This document shows, piece by piece, positions 49,289-58,639 of a DNA stretch of 64,000 nucleotides (its first letter is position 1; each line of letters opens with the position of its first letter). This DNA comes from Candidatus Taenariivivens baikalensis. GTDB lineage: Bacteria > Omnitrophota > Omnitrophia > Omnitrophales > Aquincolibacteriaceae. The notes below the pieces were generated by a model that was given only the letters and a program-made list of their open reading frames with translations, was not told where the DNA came from and ran no database searches. Location: the NCBI GenBank assembly GCA_009691445.1, contig SICL01000001.1:65738-129737 (forward strand). The letters run 5' to 3'. The translations under genes and the position numbers were made by a program.

Positions 49289-50815
49289 CTAGATTGAAAA
49301 AAAATGACCCAACGTCTGTTTGCATTGACGCGTGAAAATCAGCCAGTGAATCCTTATTTCTTCCGCAAAACATTCCAAGGCCTTTGAAATATTTCCCTGC
49401 CGCAGATAAACAGCTGCTAGTAGGGCATAAGTACGCGGCTTATGCCATCCCATCCGTAAGGCCTCACGGAGCTCTTTCCTCGCCTCTTCATAATTGCCCT
49501 CATGCAACTGGCATTCCGCAATACCTAAATGGGTTTGCGGATCAGTGGAATCAGACCGCATGGCCTTCAGAAGATGCTCAAGAGCCTTTCGATGATGGCT
49601 ACATCCTAAATGAATTTCTCCCAGATGGCGATGGGCCGACGCATGATCGGGATATTGAGCAATGACTTCCAAATATTTGGCGGCCGCCTTCCGCCACTCC
49701 TTGCGTCTCGATAAATACAAAGCCTCCCCCATCTTTGGCCAAGCCTCGTGCTGTAGAAGCTGACCCATTCTGGAGTATTCTTGATAGGCTTCCGTATACC
49801 GGCCCGCCTCTTCATAGTGGAGCGCAAAACAACTATCACTTGTGCGAAATTCAGGATCAATCAATGCGGCTTGTTCATAGACCAAGCGGGCCTCGTCAAG
49901 TCGCTTTTCTTCCCACAAGAGATTGGCTTTAAGAAAAAGTCGGGTCGCTTCAAAAATCCCTTCACTGTGAAAATGCTCCAAGGCCTTTTGGGTTTGTCCT
50001 GATTGCCCCTGAGAAAGCTGGAGCCATATTTGCTTAAGATGATGATAAGCTTCCGGCAGTGGGCGTCCTTGCGAAAGTTCGCAAAGAGTCACGCCGAAAA
50101 ATTTCATCAGGATGGGCGTGAAACCACCACGCACGGAGTGTGATACCGCAGTCAGCGATGCACGAATCCCCTTTTCCTGAAGCTTTCGATAAAACTCTTC
50201 GGGCCAAATCCAGGGTAATGATCGAAGCATCAGGGACGGTTTTGGGAGTTTTGAAATGGATCGAGCGGCAAAGTAATCCACATCAATATTTAAAAGCACC
50301 GGCTCTTCAATGACCGGCATTTCTTCCAGGGATGCAACAATCGTTTCCACGCCCCAAAAAGAGGTGCGAAATACGCCCCCTTCAACACGGGGATAATCCA
50401 TCGGGCCCATTTTTATTTTATAAAGATCTAGAAGATTTTGCCAGATCTCGAATTTAAGATGCGGCGATTTCCATTGGGGATCAGGCACAACCCAATACCA
50501 TTTCCGAACCATCTTTTCTTGAAAGACCCGGGATAAATAATTTCCTATATGAATTCGATGATGAAGACGTGGTGTAACTGTCCAGCCTTGGGGGGAAATA
50601 AGCTTTTGACCCACTTCCTGAAGGGTCGAAGCATCCAAGCAGCTTAGAGGTTGTTTATCTGAAATCCACTGAAAATCGGGGTGTTGATCAAAATGGACGA
50701 GGATAGCTTGATAAACCCCGCGTGCTTTCCACAACTGATAAACTTCATCATGATCGTCAACTAGATCAACCTGCGGGGAATTTGGAGGACAAGAAATTCC
50801 TGGAACGGAGTTCAT
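49289..50815 (-). CDS. UPF0489 / peptide-arginase-like domain plus TPR repeats
   Basis: VDDHDEVY..W, LVHFDQHPD, IGNYL, LLNIDVDYF, SVRGGFTP; C-terminal half TPR. Confidence 0.78.
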   Translation of the reverse strand: MNSVPGISCPPNSPQVDLVDDHDEVYQLWKARGVYQAILVHFDQHPDFQWISDKQPLSCLDASTLQEVGQKLISPQGWTVTPRLHHRIHIGNYLSRVFQEKMVRKWYWVVPDPQWKSPHLKFEIWQNLLDLYKIKMGPMDYPRVEGGVFRTSFWGVETIVASLEEMPVIEEPVLLNIDVDYFAARSISKLPKPSLMLRSLPWIWPEEFYRKLQEKGIRASLTAVSHSVRGGFTPILMKFFGVTLCELSQGRPLPEAYHHLKQIWLQLSQGQSGQTQKALEHFHSEGIFEATRLFLKANLLWEEKRLDEARLVYEQAALIDPEFRTSDSCFALHYEEAGRYTEAYQEYSRMGQLLQHEAWPKMGEALYLSRRKEWRKAAAKYLEVIAQYPDHASAHRHLGEIHLGCSHHRKALEHLLKAMRSDSTDPQTHLGIAECQLHEGNYEEARKELREALRMGWHKPRTYALLAAVYLRQGNISKALECFAEEIRIHWLIFTRQCKQTLGHFFSI

Positions 50816-51108
50816 TCCGAAGAAATAGCTTTTATTTCAACAAGCTGAGATAAAAGAACTTCGAGATCCGTATTTATAGTCTGAGGCGAAACGTCAAACA
50901 CACCAAGCAGCTCTTCACGAATGTCACTGACTTTCTTCTTCCCATCAATCGCATCCCACACCACTGCCCCCATTTCGTTGAGAGAATAAATACTGTTAAC
51001 ATTTTCCAGATGGCGTTGTAGCGGGATGAGGACAATTTCCCCTGCAATTTTTCGGGCCACAAAATCGGGGCTTTTCTTGAAAAGTGAATCGTTAGTTTCA
51101 TTTATCAT
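50812..51108 (-). CDS. PqqD family protein (RiPP recognition element)
   Basis: 98 aa; FVARKIAGEIVLIP, YSLNEMGAVVWDAIDG, FDVS...DLEVLLSQL. Confidence 0.92.
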   Translation of the reverse strand: MINETNDSLFKKSPDFVARKIAGEIVLIPLQRHLENVNSIYSLNEMGAVVWDAIDGKKKVSDIREELLGVFDVSPQTINTDLEVLLSQLVEIKAISSE

Positions 51109-51114
51109 GAGGAG

Positions 51115-51143
51115 ATTATAGGAACGGATGCAGGAATCGTCAA
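51115..51143 (-). promoter_or_regulatory. Sigma70 promoter for the PqqD-UPF0489-PqqD operon, probably leaderless
   Basis: TTGACG, 17 bp, TATAAT; only 6 nt between the -10 box and ATG 51108. Confidence 0.7.
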
Positions 51144-51163
51144 CAAAAGAGACAGCAATGTCT

Positions 51164-51192
51164 TTGAGAACTGCCGGCGGTAGTGCTAAAAT
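51164..51192 (+). promoter_or_regulatory. Sigma70 promoter for the peptidase-GNAT/NTase/ABC operon
   Basis: TTGAGA, 17 bp, TAAAAT with extended TGn. Confidence 0.65.
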
Positions 51193-51235
51193 GCGCAAGC
51201 AATTAATCCTAAATACGTGATGGATTCATAAGACT

Positions 51236-52087
51236 ATGACACTAATGATCGCGTCTCCTAATACATTCATGCGTTTCACCACAGATGGATCCAGCATGGG
51301 GGATTTTATCCAGGCGGGTGATGAACTCATCGCTAAACGTCTTTTTTCTCAGGACTATCACCTAGGAGATGTCCTCGTCTTCATGCATCCTGAACTTGAA
51401 AAACCCGTCGCCCACCGATTGCGGTGGAAGAAAAAAACGGGTCAGTCAGAGTGGGTTTTCTGTCTTTCCGGCGATTCCCATCCTCTTAGGTACGAATGGA
51501 TTCATGAGGATTTTATCAGAGGTCGGGTTGAACTGATTCTGAAAAAAAGTAGTAAAAAACTGCCCGCAGAATTTATCGTGAAGAATAATCTCTACACCCA
51601 TTGGATTTCCTTTATTCCGCATTGGATAGCCCATCAACTTAAAATCCTACTGATTCAAGGGCTTGAATTTTTTCAATCTCTGCCGGTTTCGCGCCATATT
51701 CTGGGCAAGATGCTTGGCTCGAAGGCGCGTTTTACTCACTATGATCATCTTAGCCATTTGGCGGTTGAGGCTAAGGTTTTTGGTAAATACGCAGGACGTG
51801 GACATCTCGTCTTTAATGCAAGCGAGGGGCCGGAGATTGTAAATCTTGAAGTCCGATCCCGATTCCAGGGGCTGGGCATTGGGAAGAAACTTCTTCATTT
51901 TTTAATTAACGAAGCCAAAAGCCGGAAAGCCACCCGCCTTTTCCTTTCTGTCTGGAATCAAAGCACACCGGCCTTACACCTTTATGAATCCGTCGGATTC
52001 CGAGCCATTCGCGAAGAAATGCTTCCTAGCGTCCGATGGCCCACACCTCGCTGCATGATAAAAATGGAGCTCCAGCTGGCTTCATGA
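51236..52087 (+). CDS. S24/S26-type peptidase domain fused to GNAT acetyltransferase
   Basis: GSSM..FIQAGD, GDVLVF, VAHRL, SGD; C-terminal LEVRSRFQGLGIGKKLL, PALHLYESVGF. Confidence 0.78.
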   Translation: MTLMIASPNTFMRFTTDGSSMGDFIQAGDELIAKRLFSQDYHLGDVLVFMHPELEKPVAHRLRWKKKTGQSEWVFCLSGDSHPLRYEWIHEDFIRGRVELILKKSSKKLPAEFIVKNNLYTHWISFIPHWIAHQLKILLIQGLEFFQSLPVSRHILGKMLGSKARFTHYDHLSHLAVEAKVFGKYAGRGHLVFNASEGPEIVNLEVRSRFQGLGIGKKLLHFLINEAKSRKATRLFLSVWNQSTPALHLYESVGFRAIREEMLPSVRWPTPRCMIKMELQLAS

Positions 52088-53223
52088 CATCCGACACCGA
52101 ATCCTTACCCGTTTCTATATTGATGCAGGATCCATCTCGAGAAATTCTACAATCGTTTTTTTTTCCAACGGAGCGTGCGTGGGAAAATTCAATATTCAGT
52201 GGCGATTTTCTGATGGCAGAGGTAAAAAAACAAAAACTTGCTCTTCTTTTTCACTCGCTGGTTACGGTAAATTCCTCCTTGAAAAATAGTTTATCTCAAG
52301 ATCATCTTATTTGGCTCAAACATAACTACTACACAGCCCTTGAAAAGGTAACACTCCAGCAGGAAGCCATCAAAGAACTGCTTCACACCTTCCAAGAAAA
52401 CAATCTCCCCGTCATCCTTCTTCGGGGACAGTCCTTGGGACTTTTTTATTATCCGGATGCGGCATTGCGTCCGGCCTGGGATGTCGATATCCTCATTCAC
52501 CCCCAGGATCTCGCTCGCTGCGGGGATATCTGCAGCCAGTTAGGACTCGTGCGCCGGGAAGCGCATGGTGAAATAGGTTTTTTTAGAAATAGTGGGATTC
52601 AATTCCATTTGGATGTGCATACAGATCTTTGGTATGAATCCCAGGAAAATACTCTCTGGGAACGCTGCCTCCAAAAGGATTTTCTCGGCCAACCCTGCCT
52701 CATCTTGGGCCCTGAGGACCACGTGATTCACATCGTGGCCCATTCCGTGATGCATCACGGGCGTTTTTCGCTTCATGACGCTGTGGACCTCGCACTTATT
52801 ATTCGTAAAGAAGAACACCTTGATTGGACACAAATCCATCGGACGGTCAGAGGGACGCACCTGAGCGCAGTTATTTACTACGCTCTGAACAAAATTTCTG
52901 CGTGGACGAGTATCAAGATTCCCGATGCCTTGCTTTCCCCATTTAAACCGACGGGTGCCTCGGCCTGGCAGATTCCTTTCTATGAGCGTATCATTCGTTC
53001 ATATGACCGCCCATTTGTTGGACATTTTCTGCGTCCTTTTTGTATTCAAGGATGGCGGGGGAAAAAAAACTTTGTTCTGAACTATCTCTTCCCATCTTCT
53101 GAGTTTATTCGTCAGCGCTACTCGGCGCCGCATATGTTTTCAGTTGCGTGGTGGCGATTTGTTCGCCCGCTCACTCTGTGTTACAAAAGCCTGGGATTTC
53201 TCGTCAGATGTCTTCTACAATGA
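52084..53223 (+). CDS. Nucleotidyltransferase family protein (NTP_transf_5-like)
   Basis: VILLRGQSL..YYPDAALRPAWDVDILI, LDVHTDL; ATGA-coupled. Confidence 0.85.
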   Translation: MTSDTESLPVSILMQDPSREILQSFFFPTERAWENSIFSGDFLMAEVKKQKLALLFHSLVTVNSSLKNSLSQDHLIWLKHNYYTALEKVTLQQEAIKELLHTFQENNLPVILLRGQSLGLFYYPDAALRPAWDVDILIHPQDLARCGDICSQLGLVRREAHGEIGFFRNSGIQFHLDVHTDLWYESQENTLWERCLQKDFLGQPCLILGPEDHVIHIVAHSVMHHGRFSLHDAVDLALIIRKEEHLDWTQIHRTVRGTHLSAVIYYALNKISAWTSIKIPDALLSPFKPTGASAWQIPFYERIIRSYDRPFVGHFLRPFCIQGWRGKKNFVLNYLFPSSEFIRQRYSAPHMFSVAWWRFVRPLTLCYKSLGFLVRCLLQ

Positions 53224-54047
53224 TCACGAATGATCACGACATTCAAATCATGACTCTCATGCCGCATGCCATTGAAGCGAAAAATTTGTCCAAGACTTTT
53301 AAGCATCGCGTTCCATTCGCCCCTTTTGGATCTCGTATTCCCCCCAATACCACGATCGCACTTCGTGAGTTTAATCTGACAATCAAGGCAGGAGAAATAT
53401 TTGCTCTCCTGGGTCCAAATGGTGCAGGAAAAACGACGCTCCTCAAGATTCTGAGTCATCTGGTAATTCCTGATGCTGGAGTTGCGCTCATTTATGGCCA
53501 CTCCTTCAAAACGCACGCAATGCGAATCAAAACCCTGGTCAGCTTGCTTTTAGGCGAGGAACGTAGCTTTTACTGGCGCCTTACTGGGAGGCAAAACCTT
53601 GAATTTTTCGCTGCCCTTTATGAGATAAAGCCTAAAGAAATCGCACTGAAAATCCTTCAAGTTGAAAAACTTTTTGAGCTGGAAAGTCTGGATCAACGTT
53701 ATCAGGAATATTCTTCGGGGATGAAACAAAGACTTGCTCTGGCAAGGTGTTTCTTAAGCCAGGCGAAACTTATTTTGATGGATGAGCCCACTCGAAATCT
53801 GGATCCGAATAACGCCGAAAAATTCAGGAGCCTCATAAAAACCTATCTTCAAGAAAGACCCGATCACACATTTTTTTTTACAACGCATAACACTCAGGAG
53901 GCAGAGTATCTTGCCCACCGGATCGGCATTTTGGATCACGGCGTTCTTCAAGCCTGTGGTTCTTTGGACGAACTACGTCATTTAATCAATAATCCAAACG
54001 CGTCACTCGATGAGATCTTTCATAACTTCACACGGAAAAAATCATGA
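53220..54047 (+). CDS. ABC transporter ATP-binding protein
   Basis: GPNGAGKTT, YSSGMKQR, MDEPT, TTH. Confidence 0.95.
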   Translation: MITNDHDIQIMTLMPHAIEAKNLSKTFKHRVPFAPFGSRIPPNTTIALREFNLTIKAGEIFALLGPNGAGKTTLLKILSHLVIPDAGVALIYGHSFKTHAMRIKTLVSLLLGEERSFYWRLTGRQNLEFFAALYEIKPKEIALKILQVEKLFELESLDQRYQEYSSGMKQRLALARCFLSQAKLILMDEPTRNLDPNNAEKFRSLIKTYLQERPDHTFFFTTHNTQEAEYLAHRIGILDHGVLQACGSLDELRHLINNPNASLDEIFHNFTRKKS

Positions 54048-54853
54048 ACTGGAATACGATCATCGCTTTTTTTCGGCGCGACTACTTAGAACGAGCAACC
54101 TATAAGAGCGCCTTTTTCCTGGAGCTGGGAGGAATTCTTGCCAACCTCATTACGTTTTATTATATTCAAAAACTGTTTATCACTGCCCACCCAGCAGCCC
54201 TTCAGCCTTATGGCGGAGATTATTTCGCATTTGTTCTCATCGGGCTTGCTTTTTCAGGGTATCAATCCACAGCCCTAAACAGCTTCTCAACCGCCTTACG
54301 GCAAGAACAAATGCAGGGTACTCTGGAAGCAATCCTGTTAACTCCAACACGCATTGAGACCGTCATGCTGGCGGGATCAATCTGGAATTTTTTAGTCACC
54401 ACCTTGAAAATTCTAGCTCATCTGATGCTCGGTGTTGTATTTTTCCACCTTGATTTGTCTAAAATGAATTTACTTTCGGTGATTGTTACCTTGATTTTTA
54501 CGATTATTTCTTTGAGCAGTCTTGGGCTTTTCTCAGCCGGTTATACTTTGGTCCATCAAAAAGGTGACCCTGTCAATTTCGTCATTAATGCCGCCTCCCG
54601 TTTTTTCTCCGGGGTATATTTTCCCATCACTATGCTGCCCATTGGCCTTCAGTATGTTGCAAAGATTATTCCCCTCACACATGCATTGAACGCAATGCGT
54701 GACAGCCTTCTCAGAGGTTATTCGTTAACTCAAATTCATTCCGATCTTCTGTGGCTTATCCTATTCTCATTGATTCTCTTCCCTTCCGGAATTTTTTATT
54801 TTTATAAGTCTGTGGAAAAAGCAAAAAAAGAAGGGACGCTCATTTTTTATTAA
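54044..54853 (+). CDS. ABC-2 type exporter permease
   Basis: About six TMs, EQMQGTLEAILLTP, FSGVYFPI, PLTHAL. Confidence 0.92.
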   Translation: MNWNTIIAFFRRDYLERATYKSAFFLELGGILANLITFYYIQKLFITAHPAALQPYGGDYFAFVLIGLAFSGYQSTALNSFSTALRQEQMQGTLEAILLTPTRIETVMLAGSIWNFLVTTLKILAHLMLGVVFFHLDLSKMNLLSVIVTLIFTIISLSSLGLFSAGYTLVHQKGDPVNFVINAASRFFSGVYFPITMLPIGLQYVAKIIPLTHALNAMRDSLLRGYSLTQIHSDLLWLILFSLILFPSGIFYFYKSVEKAKKEGTLIFY

Positions 54854-54854
54854 T

Positions 54855-56243
54855 ATGAAACGCTCGGTCATCATTTTTGGCGCAGGCGTGTCCGGACTTA
54901 CACTGGGCTGGAAACTTGCAAAGCAGAATTATCAGGTCCGAATCCTGGAAGCTTCCTCTCAAGTCGGCGGATTGGCTGGAACCATTCGTCAGAAGGGTTA
55001 CTGCTTGGATTTTGGACCCCATTCATTTTTTACCGACGACGAAGAAATCTCCAAAATTTTTCATCATCTTTTTCCTTCTCCGTTGCCTCCTCTTAGCCGA
55101 CGGGTCCGGTTTCGTTATCAGGGGAAATACCTGGACTACCCTCTCACCGCACAAAGTGTTCTCTTTCAAATGGGACTGCACCAGGGATTGAAAGCTTTGG
55201 GAAGTTTTCTGATAACTCGGTTTGCGCCCAGCAAGGAACCGCCCCTTCATGAGCAAAGTGTAAAGGATTGGGCGGTTCGTCACTTTGGTCGACACCTGTA
55301 TGAAACATTTTTTAAGCCCTACACCGAGCAGTTCTGGAAAATTCCTGCCGAGGATCTCTCAGCACAGTCGATTCCCACCAGCACTCGAACTGGTTTTTTT
55401 AAAGCATTACACCTGATGCTGCAAAAAAATAGTCCCGGTAAGAATCCGTCTCTCATGGAACGGGAGACTCTACCGACATTTTATCCCTCAACCGGATATG
55501 GCGAACTCCCTGAAAGAATTCTAGCAGAGTTTTTGCGGGCTGGCGGTAAGCTCGTTCTTGATTCGAAAGTCACGGGACTCGAGCATCTTCCGTCCAATGA
55601 ATTCCGCATTGAAACGGTTGAGAACCAGACTATCACAAATTACTTGGCTGACATTGTTGTTTCAACGATTCCCCTACCCGTGTTAATCCAAACCCTTGAA
55701 CCCGCCGTTTCCCCTGAGGTCCGCGATGCCGCAAATCGCCTCAAATACCGACCGCTAATCGTTCTAGGCTTAATGACTTCAAAGCAAAAGGTCCTTAGGG
55801 ATTGGATGTACGTTTACTTCCTTGACCGTTCCTACAACCGCATTTTTGAAACGTCCCAATTTAGCTCGTCCGCATGCCCGCCTGGTAAAAATTTGCTCGC
55901 CCTTGAAATCCCTTGTTCATTTCAAGATCCGCTGTATTGCGCAACGGCGGAGGATCTCCTGGAAAAGGTCCTTCCGGATCTTCACCGTGATGGCTTGCTT
56001 GAACGGGGGGATATTGAAGGGATGATGCTTGTAAAATCCAAGTACGCCTATCCGATCTATCACCTGGAATACCGCAAGCATCTGGCACTCGTGCATCAGT
56101 ACCTATCCAGCATTCCGAATCTTCATATTCTGGGACGCACAGGAGAATTTAGGTATATGGATGCAGATCGGTGCATGCGGTTCGCCTTGGAACTCTTTGG
56201 AAAAATTGATCAACATCAACCCGATAAACTTCCTTCGTATTAA
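54855..56243 (+). CDS. FAD-dependent oxidoreductase (HemY/UDP-galactopyranose mutase-like, glycan-locus type)
   Basis: GAGVSG, VGGLA, DFGPHSF, FFKPYTEQFW, AYPIY, GRTGEFRY. Confidence 0.8.
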   Translation: MKRSVIIFGAGVSGLTLGWKLAKQNYQVRILEASSQVGGLAGTIRQKGYCLDFGPHSFFTDDEEISKIFHHLFPSPLPPLSRRVRFRYQGKYLDYPLTAQSVLFQMGLHQGLKALGSFLITRFAPSKEPPLHEQSVKDWAVRHFGRHLYETFFKPYTEQFWKIPAEDLSAQSIPTSTRTGFFKALHLMLQKNSPGKNPSLMERETLPTFYPSTGYGELPERILAEFLRAGGKLVLDSKVTGLEHLPSNEFRIETVENQTITNYLADIVVSTIPLPVLIQTLEPAVSPEVRDAANRLKYRPLIVLGLMTSKQKVLRDWMYVYFLDRSYNRIFETSQFSSSACPPGKNLLALEIPCSFQDPLYCATAEDLLEKVLPDLHRDGLLERGDIEGMMLVKSKYAYPIYHLEYRKHLALVHQYLSSIPNLHILGRTGEFRYMDADRCMRFALELFGKIDQHQPDKLPSY

Positions 56244-56288
56244 TCATCTTTACTTTAAATAAAAACCGTTATTAAATGTCTTGCGATC

Positions 56289-57566
56289 ATGACAAAAAAT
56301 CTGATATCCCCTGCAGAAAAAAGGAAATCCTTCGGTAAAGATAGAGTAACCGCCTGCCGCATCTGCCAGTCTCAAATTATTCCCTTTATCAACTTCGGAA
56401 ATATGCCCCTCGCCAATGGTTTTCTTACACCCGCACAGTTCGCAGAGGAATACTTCTATCCTCTTGAATGCTCTGTCTGCAGTTCGTGCTGGATGGTTCA
56501 ACTCAGCCATCAACCTGACCCGGAGTGGATGTTCCATTCCAACTACCCTTTTTTTACGGGAACTTCCCAGCGAATGTCGAATCATTTCAGGGCCCTGGCC
56601 GATACGATCATGTCCCACTATCTGGATCAGCAGAAGGATCCCTTCATTCTAGAGATCGGAAGTAATGACGGTACTTTCTTGAAACATTTCAGCAAAAAGA
56701 GTATTCGCACACTCGGGATCGAGCCCTCGGCCAGCGTTGCTGAACGTTCCCGGAATTTAGGAATCCCCACACTTCAGAAGTTTTTTGACGCGGAAGTCGC
56801 CGAATCGATTTTAAAAGAGCATGGTCAACCGCACGTCATTTATGCGGCAAATGCCTTGTGTCATATCCCAGATCTTGCGGGTACTTTTGAGGCGATTCAA
56901 AAGCTTATGCACCCCCAGGGGATTTTAATTTTCGAAGATCCATATTTGCCTTCCGTCCTGGAAAAGACGGCATACGATCAAATTTACGATGAACACGTTT
57001 ACCTTTTTTCGCTGCATTCGGTTAGCAACCTCGCAAAACGCTATGGCTTTGAAGTCTTCGATGCACAGCAGCTTGATACGCACGGTGGCTCGATGCGCTA
57101 CTTTCTGTCCCGCCAGGCCCGCAAACAGCTTTATGACGATCTTTGGTCCTTAACCGTGTCAGAAAAAAACTTTCATCTTGATGAGATAGCGACTTACATG
57201 AAATTTTCTGGCGCCTGTGAAACGTCCCGAACTACTTTGAAATCACTCCTGCTAAACCTAAAGCAAGAGGGGAAATCCATCGCGGGTTATGCCGCCACTT
57301 CCAAAAGCACAACCGTTCTCAACTATTGCGGCATTGACAAGTCTCTCATTGATTTTATTGCCGACTCCACGCCAGAAAAACAAGGCAAGCTTACACCTGG
57401 ATCTCATATCCCTATTGTTTCGCCGGACTATTTCCAATCCAACTACCCCGATTACGCCCTTCTTTTTGGTTGGAATCATTTAGAAGAAATTTCCGGGAAA
57501 GAACAAACGTTCCAGAAGGCTGGAGGCCGGTGGATTGTTTACGTACCTAAAGTGCAAGTTATATGA
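56289..57566 (+). CDS. NDP-hexose C-methyltransferase-like SAM methyltransferase
   Basis: CRIC...CSSC zinc site, EIGSNDG, YDQIYDEH, HGGSMR, GYAATSKS, TPGSHIPI. Confidence 0.88.
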   Translation: MTKNLISPAEKRKSFGKDRVTACRICQSQIIPFINFGNMPLANGFLTPAQFAEEYFYPLECSVCSSCWMVQLSHQPDPEWMFHSNYPFFTGTSQRMSNHFRALADTIMSHYLDQQKDPFILEIGSNDGTFLKHFSKKSIRTLGIEPSASVAERSRNLGIPTLQKFFDAEVAESILKEHGQPHVIYAANALCHIPDLAGTFEAIQKLMHPQGILIFEDPYLPSVLEKTAYDQIYDEHVYLFSLHSVSNLAKRYGFEVFDAQQLDTHGGSMRYFLSRQARKQLYDDLWSLTVSEKNFHLDEIATYMKFSGACETSRTTLKSLLLNLKQEGKSIAGYAATSKSTTVLNYCGIDKSLIDFIADSTPEKQGKLTPGSHIPIVSPDYFQSNYPDYALLFGWNHLEEISGKEQTFQKAGGRWIVYVPKVQVI

Positions 57567-58639
57567 TGCAGGCCCATCTTTCTGATGATCGCCTTCAGGA
57601 ATCCCCTTCTGTTTATCCAAAAGAAAATAGGAGCAATTCAGAGGCTGATGTTTTGTCGGACTTTAATTTATTTTTTTCAGGGAAAAAGATTCTTGTCACC
57701 GGGGCCAGCGGATATATCGCCCATACCCTTATTGAAAGACTGTCGCATTTTAAATGCGAACTCTATCTTTCATCCCAGCATCCCGACCAGATCACACCAC
57801 CACCCCTCAATTTGGGGTTGCTCAAATTCATGTCTCTTTCTTCTGATTTTTCCCTGCACACCTTTCAGAACATCGTTCCTGAATTGGATATAATTTTTCA
57901 TCTCAGCGCCCAGACAAATCTAACCTGTTCTTTTCAAAATCCTGGGCAAGATTTTATTGCGAATGTCTTGCCACTGGTCCACATTTTGGAGGCCGCGAAA
58001 AGACGCCAGAAACCTCTCGCGGTCATTCTGGCAAGTACCGTCACCATCTTCGGTATCCCCAATAAAATCCCTGTCAATGAATCATGCCCCGATCACCCAA
58101 TGACCTTTTACTGTTTCCATAAAAAACTGGCCGAGGATTATCTGAAAAGCTATACGGATGGTTCCTGGGTGACCGGCGCTTCTCTGAGGCTGCCAAATAT
58201 TTATGGACCGGGGCCAAAATCGAGCAATACAGAGCGCGGGGTCCTGAATCAGATGATTCGCAAATCCATCCAAGGCCACCCCCTTACCATCTATGGAGAG
58301 GGCCGAGAAATCAGGGATTATCTCTACATCGAAGATGCCGTGGACGCATTCCTATACTCTGCGCTGAATCATACACGGTTGGTGGGAAAGCCTTACGTGA
58401 TTGGTTCCGGGCACGGGTCTTCGATAAGTCAAAGCATTTCCCTTGTGGCGGAAAGAGTTGGGTCCTATCTGAGTCGAAATATTTCAATCGAGCACATTGA
58501 TCATCCGGAGAATAACTACGCCATCAACGAGAGGAATTTCGTGGCCGACGCTCAATTGTTTGCATCTCTGACGGGGTGGAAGGCCCGTACCTCCCTATCC
58601 GATGGCATTGCTCAAACGCTAAAAAGTTACTTAATATGA
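57563..58639 (+). CDS. NAD-dependent epimerase/dehydratase
   Basis: TGASGYI, YCFHK, LRLPNIYGP, RDYLYI. Confidence 0.9.
   Translation: MMQAHLSDDRLQESPSVYPKENRSNSEADVLSDFNLFFSGKKILVTGASGYIAHTLIERLSHFKCELYLSSQHPDQITPPPLNLGLLKFMSLSSDFSLHTFQNIVPELDIIFHLSAQTNLTCSFQNPGQDFIANVLPLVHILEAAKRRQKPLAVILASTVTIFGIPNKIPVNESCPDHPMTFYCFHKKLAEDYLKSYTDGSWVTGASLRLPNIYGPGPKSSNTERGVLNQMIRKSIQGHPLTIYGEGREIRDYLYIEDAVDAFLYSALNHTRLVGKPYVIGSGHGSSISQSISLVAERVGSYLSRNISIEHIDHPENNYAINERNFVADAQLFASLTGWKARTSLSDGIAQTLKSYLI

Noticed and set aside
49002-51108. PQQ biosynthesis or a lasso-peptide cluster
   Set aside because: No pqqA/B/C/E, radical SAM, lasso cyclase or B2 protease is present in the window.
51191-51220. Tiny ORF MRKQLILNT between the divergent operons as a RiPP precursor
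   Set aside because: Only 9 codons, and its ATG overlaps the predicted -10 box, so it would not be on the transcript.
54855-56243. Calling the FAD enzyme hemY or glf
   Set aside because: Only the general fold motifs are evident; the context is a sugar locus and the specific activity cannot be assigned by eye.
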